From Octopus vulgaris (taxonomy: Eukaryota), in the NCBI GenBank assembly GCA_951406725.2, contig OX597824.1:1116001-1180000 (forward strand): a stretch of 64,000 nt of DNA, given 5' to 3'. Below are positions 1 to 14,499 of this stretch, piece after piece. The stretch's first letter is position 1. Each line of letters begins with the position of its first letter. The translations under genes and the position numbers were made by a program. Below the pieces are notes generated by a model that was not told the origin of the DNA, ran no database searches, and saw nothing but the letters and a program-made list of their open reading frames with translations.

Positions 1-105
1 CAATCGCCGCCGTCGCCGCCACCACCACCGCCACCACCACCGCCACCACCACCACCACCACCACCACCACCACCGCCACCACAATCGCCGTCGCCACCAC
101 CGCTG
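1..105. repeat. (CAC/CGC)n trinucleotide repeat
   Basis: Direct reading. Confidence 0.95.
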
Positions 106-260
106 CTTTCACAACCGTTATCACATCACTGTATGTCCCTGACTTCATTAATCAGTTCGTGTTGGCTTCAAATGAAACGGAACAAGACTGGACACATCCA
201 TCGTCCAACGCTAATTCTCTCCTTTATTTATTTACATTATAAACTTCCACCACGGCACAC

Positions 261-321
<61 letters not shown>

Positions 322-454
322 TCAAAAATATATAAACATATGCGTTCACTCACACACATCTCATACATACATACACATATACTTTTATCTATATGCATGT
401 ATGTATTTCTCCCCCCCTCTCTCTCTCTCTGTATCTATTTATCTATCTATCTAT

Positions 455-537
<83 letters not shown>

Positions 538-668
538 CACACACTCAAACATACCCCCACCTACACGCAATGGCTTATACATCCCCTACAAATATACATA
601 CACTTACAAACCTATATCCCCATATTTTCTCTTTCTATTTCCTCCCTTCCTCGCTTTACTTCTTTCTA

Positions 669-700
<32 letters not shown>

Positions 701-992
701 CGCTCTTTTCTCTTCCTTTTCTTCCTGTGGTTCTCTATGTTTTACTCTATTTTCTGTCTCCCCCCCTCTGCCACACTCCGCTATGTTATGGTCTCCAATA
801 TTTCATATCGAAACTCAATGATTACTAATTATGACGGCCATATAATATCAGTGATTAACCTGAATATTTCGTCGACAACCTCTGTCATAAACACCGCGTA
901 ACGCGAAACATGAAGTAGTAAATATGTTTAAGACTAAGCAGTCACTGTCCCTCTCTTTTTCTCTCCCACACATATGCACACAAGCACAAAAA

Positions 993-1065
<73 letters not shown>

Positions 1066-1604
1066 GCGCACATTGATGGGACCACTAAGGCCACCTAAAT
1101 TACGGTGGCCGTCTTTCTGAAACACGTAAATATGTGTACATTATATAGAGCACAAAAAAACGATTACTCTATCCCTTCTGTATATGTTTTCCCTTATGTA
1201 TATATGGATGTATATATAAATGTATGTATGTGTGTGTATGTATGTATCTGTGTGTGTAGAGAGACATATGTGTGTATGTATGTATGTATGTATGTATGTG
1301 TAGATACATATATACACACACGCGCGCGCGCACATGGACTGCCTTCCCTCTCCTGGACTTTCCTCTGGCATCTGACGAAGGATTATATCCGAAACGTTAT
1401 ACTTTTACTCTTTAACTTTTTTACTCTGTAACATTTTTTCCTTTCTTGGGTATTTTATATTTATTTTCACTTTTATTTATATTTATACATAATTATATAC
1501 ATACACATTTATATAATGCCCCACTTTCGCGCATATTCAGAAATATAAAGTAATCTATTGTAAAATACGCACACTTGGAACGAGATAAAATGAATAACTA
1601 TAAT

Positions 1605-2215
1605 AAGCAGAGACATTAACTTTATCTCCCCAAAACACAAAGGTTAAATTTTCAAAATAATAATCAAATAATAATCTAGAACAATTAACTTCTAAAGAGA
1701 AATCTGTTGACCAACTAAACTTACCCTCTATCTGCATACTTTTGTGGATATTAAAGCATAAGATAAGCAAATTTCTATATTAACAACACCATGACCTAAA
1801 GCTGGCGCGCCTGAATGAACGCACCTAATGATAGAGGTTTACATGCTTGACTGATAAACTCCACCTTCCCAAAACAAACAGGTTAAATCTCCTAAAAAAT
1901 ATTTAAAAAAAACTGCTGACCAACTAAACTTTCCACCTACTTATATTCTTTTATGAACCCTTAAAAATCCATTCTCTAAAAGTCGACACACTTAAATGAA
2001 TATTTATTTACTAAGGTATAAATGCTGGTGTGAACTTTAACCTTCACATTCCCAGAACAAGAGGTTAAATCTCCCATTAGTATAAAAAAAAACACCAGCA
2101 ACTAAACCTAGTGAAACATTTGCTTACCAACTAACCTTTTCATCTACATACATTCTATTGTGAAGCCTATAAAAGACAACCCCAGGACCAGAAGCTGACA
2201 CATCTAAATAGACAC
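1605..2215. repeat. Degenerate ~200-bp tandem repeat, 3 copies
   Basis: Three blocks recur: aggttaaat (~1641, 1880, 2062), ccaactaa (~1711, 1920, 2127) and aagctg..c..aatg (~1799, 1980, 2192). Confidence 0.7.
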
Positions 2216-3510
2216 TGCTGATTGCAAAGTTCCACAATCCTTAATTTAATCAATGAAAATCTTGTATAATATCTTTCGCTCGCAAGCTGCCTTACGAAAT
2301 AATTATCAGTTATCAGAACTTACCAACCCCAGAAAATACATAAAACCAGGCTCAACTCAAATGTACCACAATCCAATCAGGTCTCAGCAAACTGACACAT
2401 CGAAGTCACTGTCAACATCATGCTTATTAAAGAATAATAGATCTGAAATCTACAAAAAGTATTGAGTAATCCTTTCGTTTAATGTGAAATTGTTTTTATT
2501 ATAACACACACACACACATGCACACACACAAACACACACACACACATGCACACACACACAAACACACTCAAAAACGCACACACACACACACATGTATTTC
2601 TCAAGTATTTATTTATCTATCTATTTATTTGAATTATCTCTAAAAGACAGAATTTGCATATTCTCTCCACTCCACACACCCCAAGAGCTTCATCAGTGAA
2701 ATTCGGAAAACAAAACCCTGTTAAATATTGAAAAGTATAAAAGCCTTGCATACGCGTACGGTCTCATTTACTGCGTCTGCAAAGTGATCTTACTGAAGCC
2801 CTTCGCCCCCTGTGGGGAGTAATCCTCTTTTCGACCGCTTTTCTCCACTGCGCTCGGCCCTGGACTGTCGTTCGTGCTTCACCGAGGAAAGAAATTCCCA
2901 TCCCAGGTCTTGTTGGTCTTGTATTGTCATCGGTGTTTCTATAACTTTATGATTTTCCTTGGTAAAGACGTTGGCCCATTTTTACCTATTGAAAGAAACG
3001 ACCACAATAGCCTGGTCTGTATCCTTTGACTTGATTGGCACGAGACGCTCGTCCCCAGCAGGTATTTGTGATTTGCTAGCATAGCTCTCAGTGTTGTTGA
3101 GGTACTTACACCAACACACTGCAACAAGGGCTCCACCTTGTGGTGGAAAATTCTGTTTGACCACAAATCCTAGCTTTTCCAGATTGCCATTCATATATGT
3201 TTTAACCAAACATATCAACAATTCCTAGCATAAAGTGAAAACCAACGTAGAAAAACTGATGCAATTTTCTTTGAATATTTCTCTTCTCTCGTAACATTTC
3301 CATTGCTTTGCATCTCTAGAATCATATTCACCAATGCAACCAACCTTTCTTTTTGAAGAACCCAAAGTATTATTTAAAGATATCTGTCTACTATTTTAGG
3401 AATTCTCAAAAGAGATGAAAGCCCTGGATAAATGATTTTGATCCAAAATACTGACACCGCTTCCAAAAATCCATCCATAAGTATGTATGTATGTATGTAT
3501 GTATGTATGT

Positions 3511-4060
3511 CAGGTCACTTTCGAGTGCTACTGGTAACATGTAACCCAGTACAACCTGTTGCATGGTCGGGTCGTCGGCGACTAAACCGGCAACCCCACC
3601 AAGCTTGCTTGGTGAGGAGGGTGTTTATTGGTCACCCTGCGGGATGAAAAACAAAACCCGTCAAAGGGCGGAGGAACTCTTGAGAGTCAACGGCCATCCA
3701 ATAAATGTCTTAAAACTGTATCATGCACGGGAACATAGAAATAATCGGACTGAATACCCAATTGCGCAGTTAAACCATTGGGAGTGAAGGACTCCTAGCC
3801 TTTGTCAGGGCATCCTTCTAGGAGAAAGCAACTCAGGTAACTGGGATAACTCCGACTTAAAACCTGCGGCTCAGTGGTTACCTATGATGTTGACTTGTTC
3901 TTCTTTTCGGATTATGGCTGCTGTTACTAAGTGAGTGGAATTGACTCAGTGCACAGCCTTTCCTCACTTAAAAAAATATCTTTTTGCACAGGCATTGCAC
4001 GATAACAACATTGATTAAGCTTCGTGCAATGGCCATACTCGATAACGAGGGGGCAGCCAC
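3511..4060 (+). mobile_element. Non-autonomous ~550-bp retroelement embedded in (ATGT)n, copy 1
   Basis: Near-identical to 59559-60080; flanked by ATGT repeats on both sides; 3' end similar to the RTE-like tail at 14500-14540. Confidence 0.85.
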
Positions 4061-5059
4061 GATGTATGTATGCATCTATGTATGTATGTCTGTATGTATT
4101 TATGTATGTCTGTATGTATGCATGTCTGTGTGTGTATGTATGAATGTATATATGCAAATAAGCAGGGAGCTATGCATGCATGTATATATATGGACGCTTG
4201 TGCTGCATTCAAGAATAAATGTATGTTTTTATATAATTTATCAATGTACGAATGCATGCGCTCAAGTATGTAGGCATGTATGTGTCCATATCTATATGTA
4301 TGCATATATGTATATATGTATGAAGGTAGTTATATATGGATGTATGTAACGTGTGCGTGTATGAGTGTATTTATGTGCAAATATATGCATTCGTTTACAC
4401 ACATGTGTATGCATTACATTCATGTATGTATATATATATATGAGTGGATAAATGTACGCATGGCTGGATGAATATATATAGTTGAATAGAATCAAGGTGA
4501 CAATTTTCTGTTTTTAATTAATTTCAATCTATAAAATACTAAATCGAACCTGGCCTGATTCCAATTCATTATTGAATAATGCTAAAATAGATAAACAGAA
4601 CCAGGTTGATCTTTCCGCGTAGAGTCCGAAGATGCAATTGGAAACTGCCTGTTTGCCTCCTTATCCACATAATAATGTTGTCTTTTAATCCATCAAGTTA
4701 TTCCGAAACTGTTTATTTTACCAATGCAAACAAAGCTGAACTGAAAGCCCAGCCGTGTTCTGATTAAGGTTATTTCATTGAGATCATTCGTTGTAAGCTT
4801 TCCCACATCCATCTACACTTGTACACTGCAGTAAGTATTCATAAGTTGTGTACTCATTGATAAATACATCATGGGCCGCTTGCAATTACATAAATATAGA
4901 GATATTATTCTCTGGACATGGCTATATATATATGTTGTATATATATATAGCATATTTACATATAATACACACTCTTTCAGATGCACAAAAGCATTGATAC
5001 CTAAACCAAATATACATGGTTTAATCAAAATATCATATAAAGAGATTAAATGTGTTTAT

Positions 5060-5322
5060 ATTCTTTTATTTTCTTTTATTTGTTTCAGTAATTTTGACTG
5101 CGGCCATGCTGGAGCACCGCCTTTAGTCGAGCAAATCGACTCCAGGACTTATTCTTTGTAAGCCTAGTACTTTTTGTATCGGTATCTTTTGCCGAAACGC
5201 TAAGTTACGGGGACCAGCATCGGTTGTCAAGCGATGTTATGGGGACAAAGAAGCACACACACACACACACATATATATACATAACAGGATTCTTTCCGTT
5301 TCCATCTACCAAATTCACTCAC
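5060..5322 (-). mobile_element. SINE family A, 3' part
   Basis: gcggccatgctggagcaccgcc...gccgaaacgctaag matches the other copies. Confidence 0.85.
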
Positions 5323-5599
5323 GAAAATAAAACTTTGGAAACAGAAACTCCGCCATAACTTACGTGGAAACCATGAGCGTGATTTCAAGGGAGATAATCG
5401 GAGAAAGACTTGAAAGCTAATATAAGATCGTAATACTTCTTGTAAAGTAAATATAATAATCCAGAATCCCAAAATTTAATCATTTCGTGCCAGTCACGAG
5501 GCCAAACATCCCTCAAAGTTTCATCCAAATCCATCCAGCGGTTCTTGAGATATGTTATCCATGGATAAACAAACAAACACAGCTGAAAACAGGACCTCC

Positions 5600-6680
5600 G
5601 CCTTATAGCAAGGTGTATGATATGATCCCACATTCTTGGATTATGGAATGCATAAACCTATTCGGTATTGCATTGAATGTTGAGTAGTTGCTTAGAAAAA
5701 GTATGGCAAAGTGGAGGACGGAACTGACAGCATATAGAAGTTTAGGACTACCTGTCTTCACTGACATTTGTAATGTGCTTGATACCACTAACAGTGATTC
5801 TGAGGAAAGCAAAAGCTGGGTATGTATTCAAAAGCCGCCAACAAAAAGTCAACCACTTGTTAATCATGGACCACCTCAAACTTTATGGTAAAGATGAAGC
5901 CCGAGTCAGTTCCCTCGTTGATACAGTGTATACCTTCAGTGCTGATATCAGAATGGAGTTCGGACTGAGGAAGTGTGGTGTGTTAGTCTTGAAGAGAGGC
6001 AAAATCAAATGTATGGACGGGCTATCGATAACGTGGGAGGAAGTTATGAAGCAGATAGAAGAGACGCGCCATAAGTACTTGAGGATATTGGAAATGGATA
6101 AATTGATAGAGAAAGAAATGACAGAAAAATTTAATTTGGAGAAATTGTGCTGACTGAGACTGATCCTTAAGTCGAAATTAAACAGACGGAATAAGACTGA
6201 AGCTATCAACACCTGGGCGGTTTCACTCCTTAGATATGGAACAGGGGTAATCGCATGGACAGTAGACGAATTAAACAGCTTAGACAGACAGACAAAGAAG
6301 TTGCTAACTAGATATGGGTCACTCCACCCAAAAAGTGACACAGACAGACTGTATGTATCAAGAAAATGAAGGGGAAGAGGAGTGATTGGATGTGAACACA
6401 ACATCAGAGCAGAAAAAAAACATCATAGCATGGTATGTAAAAACAAAATGCAACAGAACTGCTATTATTAGAAGTAAGAAGGTCAGGTTTGTGTAGAATG
6501 CAAGATTGCAAAGATAAAGCACTGTACAAGCAATTGAAAACGAATGAAACTGAAAATAGGTGGGTAAAGAAAAGGATGCGTAGCCAATTCCATAGGGATG
6601 TTGAAGATAAGACAGACAGAGAAAAAAGATGGCTGTGGATGACTAAAAGTGATTTAAAACCGGAAATGGAGGCTTTAATC
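5600..6680 (+). mobile_element. R4/Dong-like non-LTR retrotransposon RT fragment (disrupted)
   Basis: YSKVYDMIPHSWI, LIPLTVILRK, VNHLLIMDHLKLY (decayed YMDD), MEFGLRKC, AINTWAVSLLRY; stops and frameshifts. Confidence 0.85.
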
Positions 6681-6837
6681 GGTGCAAGGCCTGAAATTTT
6701 GTGGGAGGGGACTAATCCGATTATATCGGCCCCAGCATTTCACTGGTACTTAATTTATTGACCTCTAAAACGCAAAAAGGCAAAGTCAATATCGGCGGAA
6801 TATAATAATAATAACAACAACAACAATAACAATTATA

Positions 6838-6904
<67 letters not shown>

Positions 6905-6999
6905 TAATATTAATGATATGAAATTTTAAGATGCAAGGGTCGAGGTGTAGGAAGTTAGTAAGCTTCGAGCAGTGCGTAGTAGGTATAAAAACATATATG

Positions 7000-7034
<35 letters not shown>

Positions 7035-7308
7035 ATATATATTATAAATAAATAATGAGGGAGATAATTGAATATTAATTTAATTAATATCAGTTTAAAA
7101 CCAGTAGCCTAGCATACAAAAATCTGAAAAATTACTCTGTGAGTAATTCTGGTTTTTTATTTAATTTTCATCTGTCTTGCCCGCCTATGTTCTGGTGTCC
7201 GCTGAATTTTCCTCTAGAGAACATTCCTTTCTTTGTAGTTTGATATAAAATAACGTAGGTGATCTAATTCTAGCATACCGCCGACCACATAGTGGTTTTT
7301 TAGCCCTT

Positions 7309-7364
<56 letters not shown>

Positions 7365-8085
7365 TATATATATATTTAAAATTAAATAAAGGTAGAAATT
7401 TATATTAATCAATTAAAACCAGTGGTCTAGAATATTTTTTAAAATCCGAAGATTTTGGAAAATGACGATTTGACCTTTATATCTAGCATATAGGCTGTAC
7501 ACTTTATATCTAGCATATAGGCTGTACACTTTTGTGTGTATATATATATATACATACATATATGTGTGTGTATGTGTGTGTGTGTGTGTATATACTCATC
7601 TTTTGTTGGTGATGTAATACTAAGTTAAAGCTTTGATAATATAATGGTTTCAAATGTTGGTAGGAAGTCAACCATCGTCGGGTGGATGGACAGGCGAATC
7701 GCATCGACACCCACCGCTTAACTGCTACTCTTTTATCGACCCCGAAAGGATGAAAGCTTGAACTTAGTACGTAAAGAACCGGATCAAAAGCGGCTAAGTG
7801 CATTTTATTCGGCTTTCTTCACAAATGTTTCCATCCAATAATTATACGATTATCGCCGTGGTCATCTCCGTCATCATGGACTTAACCAAGGTCATCATGA
7901 ATAGCGGCAGTGACAGTATTAGTAGCGCTAGTAGCGCTAGTAGCAGTAGTAGTAGTGACTTTACATTTCTTTGTCCATTGCGATGGTTGAAACGTACCAA
8001 CTATTTTGCCACTTTGCCTTTCCTCGACTCTTTAAAGCTGTTTTGTTATTAATTCTATATTACTCTCTCTCTCTCTCTCTCTCTC

Positions 8086-8488
8086 TTACTCTCTTACTTG
8101 TTTCAGTCATTTGACAGCGGCCATGCTGGAGCACCGCCTTTAATCGAGCAACTCGACCCTGGGACTTATTCTTTTGTAAGCCCAGTACTTATTCTATCAG
8201 TCTCTTTTGCCGAACCGCTATGTAACGGGGACATAAGCACACCAGCATCGGTTGTCAAGCAATACTAAGGGGACAAACACAGACACACAAACAAACACAC
8301 ATACATATATATGTATACATATATACGACGGGCTTCTTTCAGTTTCCGTCTACCAAATCCACTCACAAGACTTTGGTCGGCCCGAGGCTATAGTAGAAGA
8401 CACTTGCCCAAGGTGCCACGCAGTGGGACTGAACCCGGAACCATGGGGTTGGTAGACAAGCCACTTACCACACAGCCACTCCTGCGCC
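8086..8488 (-). mobile_element. tRNA-derived SINE family A, full length
   Basis: Head ggcgcaggagtggctgtgtggtaag (A box) ... gggttcagtccc (B box), internal TA/TG microsatellite; many copies in this window. Confidence 0.9.
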
Positions 8489-9060
8489 TATTATGTAAAA
8501 AGTTTATTACTCAGAGACCTTATTCACGCAAAAAAATGGCAAGCAAGTGTTAATATATTTTATGTAGTTACATTAGATTTAAATCTAATTAACAATATAA
8601 AATGGAGAGTAGGGAAAGCAGACTTAGCTCAACTCGTAGCATTAATTTAATAATTTCGAGAAGGGAGACAATCCACGACTTGTTTCTATCCTATTAGACA
8701 ACTTTTCACGCTTACTTGTGTATAATACTAGACAACTTGTGTTCAATATTGAATGCCTACGAGAGTTTTTTGTCGCATGACTAATTCAGCCAGAATACGA
8801 AACTCTGTGCTGTACTAAAAAGGTTTAATAAGCCGTCGAAATATTGCGCTAATTTTCCTCACAGGAAATTGTTAATGCTTCCTACATTAAGCTGTTACAA
8901 TCCTGGGACACTACATTCGATTATATAAAGCCCAGTCCTCTGTTTATAAATGTTAGATATGCATCGAAATGTCCCTTTTATGGATGTTACTTTCTCATAG
9001 AAACCACGTACAAAAGCATATATACACAGATGCATGTATGCGTGCATATAGCAATATATC

Positions 9061-9127
<67 letters not shown>

Positions 9128-9210
9128 TTACACACACACACACACACACACACCTCACAGACGCACATACACTTCAGGCTTCCAGCTCCCACAAGTCAGC
9201 CTGGGGCTAT

Positions 9211-9547
9211 TGTTGAAGTCACGTGTCGAAGGCCTCGCACGAAAGCCCTGCATTGTCTTCCTACGCTGGCCCCTGTCGTTACAATCGTCAGCGTGCACGG
9301 CCTCTTATAAGCAACGTCACCGTATCCCATAGATCTTGTACCTCGTTTCCTGTTGTCATCGTTGATATTATCTTTTGTCACAATAAACCCAGGCTGCGGA
9401 GACGCATCTGAGACGCGCAGACGCAGACGCACCGACGGAAACGACGCACACGCAAAACTCGCTTCCGCACAACGAGAGATCGAATTCCTGTTCCAAAGAT
9501 TATTTCATTGATTAGCAAAGCCTTAACTCACCGACAAACCACAACCA
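9211..9547 (+). mobile_element. Possible solo LTR
   Basis: GC-richer block beginning TGTTG and ending CAAC(C)A, with TATAA at ~9306 and AATAAA at ~9382; no clear TSD. Confidence 0.35.
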
Positions 9548-9589
9548 GTAACACACCCACACGCTATGTCCCTACATCCTTACATCCTT

Positions 9590-10380
<791 letters not shown>

Positions 10381-11479
10381 TCAACTTCTCAATCTTCAGT
10401 CGGTCTCCCTCTCTTCCCCCTCTATACCTTTCTTTCTACCTCTGCTACGCCCCAACAAGCAAACCTTGTATCTCTCGTCTCTTAATTCTTCACTCTTCTC
10501 TCTCTTTCTGTCTCTTTCTTTTCCTCTTTCTCCTCCGCCTCTCCCTCCCATACTAACTCTACAAGCACTGCTTTCTTCTCCTCTTAACACAGATCTTCCT
10601 TTCTCTTCTGATCTCTTCAGTATCTCACTCTACACAAATTCCGTGACAAATACTCTCGCTCAATTCTTTCATTCCCATTTCTGCAAACCTGTAAAACAGC
10701 GATGCCTGAGCTTTTAAATTTTTACCCTCAAGGACTCCATTGATTTCAATGACTTTCCTCACAGATACCAGTCGAGTGACTTTTTGCCTCCTCCTCTGAG
10801 GCGAACCTCACCTCCACAGCCCCATGTTTCTTTCCCCTGGCCACATAGGTTTTGCTTTTCCAAACTGGTTTTAGGCATTTCTCTATTTACTGTTGTGTTG
10901 CTTGTTCCACGTTCCTACTTTTGGATCCGCTTGTTTTCTATAGAACTGTCAGCAAATTAATTTCTTGCTGGACAGTTCTAGGAATGTTTAGTACCACATT
11001 TCTGTCACATTTCTCCAACATGCATTTTACATTCTTGAACACATTTTCATCTAAGAAAATATCTTCATTTACTTGTCGGGTCACTTGCGCAAAATCGAAA
11101 CCGTTTCGACTGGATTTGAAACAAGTTTGGTTAAATTTTAATAACTAGTTGTCATCACACCTCTGTCAATCAAAAAATATACACACGCTCGCTCGTCTTG
11201 AAGCGTTAATCATTTAGTGGGTCGCGAGACAAATAAAATGAGTAGCGACAAAAAAAGTTTTTAAAAAACGCTGAATTAGATGAATCATGACACATTTTAC
11301 GCCACTCAGCTCGATCGACGCAATAACTTTCCCCAAAATGTTGAATTAAGCTGTATAGATTTTAGTGATTGTTTTAACTTATCCTTATGCCTAAGGACGT
11401 ACCTTCCTTTACCGTGGAATCTTGGCCATACTAAAGAATTTTCAGAATGCGATCATTTTGAATTCAAATGAAATGTCCT

Positions 11480-12190
11480 ACTCATCTACACTGAATTCTG
11501 GATAGCATACTTTCGGTATTTCTAAAATTTTAACATTTGGTATTTTATCTTGCCGTTTATTTTGCAGATATTGCGTAGAGAGCGCATGTGAAAAGTTTCA
11601 AATTTCTTTATATATCTGTAGCAGGGCGTCCATACTTCTGCCCCGTACAAGAGTTTGTTTAAACTTACTTTAGTTTTTAGACTGACATCGTGTTCATCCC
11701 ACAAACGATTGGAAAATTTTCCAAAAGCACTCGTAGCTTTAGACATACTAACATTAATTTCGTCATCAAGTGTCCTCTTAAAATTTACTGTACTTCCAAG
11801 ATATTTAAATGACCTGGCTGATAGTCAACCCAAATGCTCGAGTTGCCACGGCAAACACGTCGATGGTTTTCTAAATTCTTGGAAATGTATGAGAAACCGA
11901 AAGGCAATCATCAGCACACAGAAAGTCGCATAGAATACTCTTGCTTGGTCTTTTTTCTTTCACTTGAAGCATTGCGCATTTAGGTTTAGTACACCTCTGT
12001 CTGTGCGAAACTGAAGTGTTTCACCTTCATGGTAATCCTTAAAAATATGTTAGAGCATCATCGAAAAGAACCTGGGAAAAAGTACAAGAGCTGTACATAG
12101 CCCTGTTCAGTTCCAGTGTAAACAGAAAGTACTTCTGAACATTGACAGTTAGATATTACTGTTGCCATCATTGCTTTATACAAAGATACT
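11480..12190 (-). mobile_element. RTE-clade LINE RT fragment
   Basis: SKATSAFGKFSNRLW...LKTKV...LLYGAEVWT...ETFHMRSLRNI; YLGS motif upstream. Confidence 0.8.
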
Positions 12191-14499
12191 GACATCACTG
12201 CAATCCTTTCTCATAGCTGTGACATAGTCAAGCACTTGTCAGTCGCCAGATCGAGGATGCTTCCAGGTATTTTTATATTCATCTGTCCGCCGAACACTGG
12301 GTATGGTCAGTTAGACTTAACTGTTGACAAAAAGACAGCAGTCGCAAAACCGCTTGCATTTATCGTTTCTGTTCCATCAACGGATTAGGGTTATGGATGA
12401 CAAGCTAGAAGTAAAGTCGAATTTACGACAAATCCAACTCCATGAGACCTTGGCTCATCTGTCGGCTTTCCACTCGCAAAAATGTATAACCACTCCTAAC
12501 TTCTAATTCCCCTGTATCCGCAAGCCTGGTTTCATTTAGAACAGCAATGTCAATATTATAAAGTTCTTACCTTCCAACAACCACAGATTAACATTTTATG
12601 TTTTTATCTTTATCTCGACTGCAATGAACTGGATGGTTAGACATCTGCAGTTAATGCCAAGCTTATTGAGGACAACACATATTTTAGGGTTCCTTTCCTC
12701 ACCCTGCCTCCAATATCGGAGATGTAGAGTTACACCTAGGTAGGACTGCTTGCTACACAAAGGAGGCATGAGTCTAGCTGGTATTTTCAAATTCTACAAT
12801 GTGACGACCACCACTCTCTGTACCACCCGTGTCTGAGATTCTGGTTTCAAACTTTCAGCAACAGACTTTGCCTGTTCTTTGCCTTAAGACTTTCATCTCA
12901 CCTTCAAACTGCCTCCACAATGAACTTGTTTTAAGTTATACGAACTTGTGTCACCCGTTACACTCGCTCGTCCAAAAGGCCTAAACTCCGGCGCATATTA
13001 ATGTCATGTGAGGAAAAGGCTGTCTGGATGCTGGGCCGGTGGCTCGGGAGCGCCCAAGATGTATTCTGCTCAGGCTTCAATAACAGATGAAGCCTCCATA
13101 CTTGTTACAATGATAACAACGACAACATCGACGACGACGAAGGAGGTGGAGGAAGAGGAGGAGGAAGAAAAGATGAGAAGAAGAAGAAAAACAATTACCA
13201 CATTAATGATATCTGAGAAAGATTATAGTTACGGTCGAAATTGCATAAGTGTTGCATCATTGATTCGATGAAAAAAATATGAAGGCCCTCAGTGAAAAAA
13301 CAAACAAATCGAAAGCCGATAATGCGCAATGCACATAAAATTTTAAGTGGAAAAATAATCCATTATGAATGTTTGTTGTTGATGTTGGTGTCGATTGGCC
13401 CAGAGTCGACTCTGATTTTGTCTGGCATGCTCTACATTGTCCACGGTACATTTCCGTTTGATAACACCCTGAATCGATCCTGTTTTAGAGAGCTTATGAC
13501 CAAAGACGTTCCAGCAACGACCATGCCGTCTGTTTGTACAAGCACCGCGTTAACAAATGTGTCCTCTCAGTTTTGTAGCTCCGCTCGACCTTAATTCAAT
13601 AGACTTATGATCAAAAGCCTTCTAGCCGTGACCATCCAATCTTTTACGAACCAAGCGCGACATGCACCAACGTGTTCATACGCTGTTTAGCTACAAATCA
13701 TACTTGGTCAAGGAGACTTATGAGTAATGGCATTCCAGCCGTGGCCTTCTTCCCGTCTTTTTTCAGACATGATGTATCTAGTTCTGCATTGGCCAGTGTG
13801 TCCTTAAGAAACAGCAAAAACATTATGGCAGGACATGCTAAGAGGCAAGTTTGGCTGCTATTTCTTGCAGATCAAGCAACAACTGATTGTCACCGTTGTT
13901 CACTTTCCCTCTTAGTTTCGTATTCCATAATTGTTTCAAGAGAAGACAATTGTACATATAACTGCTAAGAGTAAATCCTTCCACAACGTCCCAGGAGGGG
14001 AGCTTCCAAGGAGCTCGATTTAATTAACAGAAATAGCAGAAACATTTTCCTCAAATTACACTTATATAAGGAAGTCCACGTTAGATAATGCAGTCCTATA
14101 TATACGAACAAGAAGTTATGATGACAACTAAAATGATTTTGAATACAGGTCAGTTCGGTCAGTGCTGACCAAGGGATAAACAAACATCACCATCAATATT
14201 TATTCCGATTCTTTCCTTTCCGCGTTCAAATCCTGCTGATGTCAACTTTGCCTTTTATCGTCCCAGGGTGGATAAAATAAGATACCAGTCAGATACTGGC
14301 GTACGATCTAATCAATTAAAACACGTCCTCAAATTTTAGATCTTGTGGATAGAGACGATTATTAAAAGCGTTGCATTGGCAAACTCCGTAGAGTGTCGAA
14401 GAATAAGCGAGAGAATCTCTATTGCTATGTTACTGCTATTCCATGCACTGAATTGGACGAATACATACACACAAATACATTCCTTTCTGCATACATACA

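Noticed and set aside
1-105. Poly-Pro/His/Thr coding exon from the CAC repeat
   Set aside because: No splice or ORF support within the window; treated as a trinucleotide repeat.
7475-7528. Exact 27-bp tandem duplication
   Set aside because: Real but most simply a local slippage or repair duplication with no further structure.
8410-8488. tRNA-like sequences here and at ~24000, ~44450 and ~54500
   Set aside because: These are A/B-box heads of multi-copy SINEs that continue into SINE bodies; no complete cloverleaf is evident.
13480-13770. CRISPR-like array
   Set aside because: Eukaryotic context, degenerate repeats, only three units and no cas genes.
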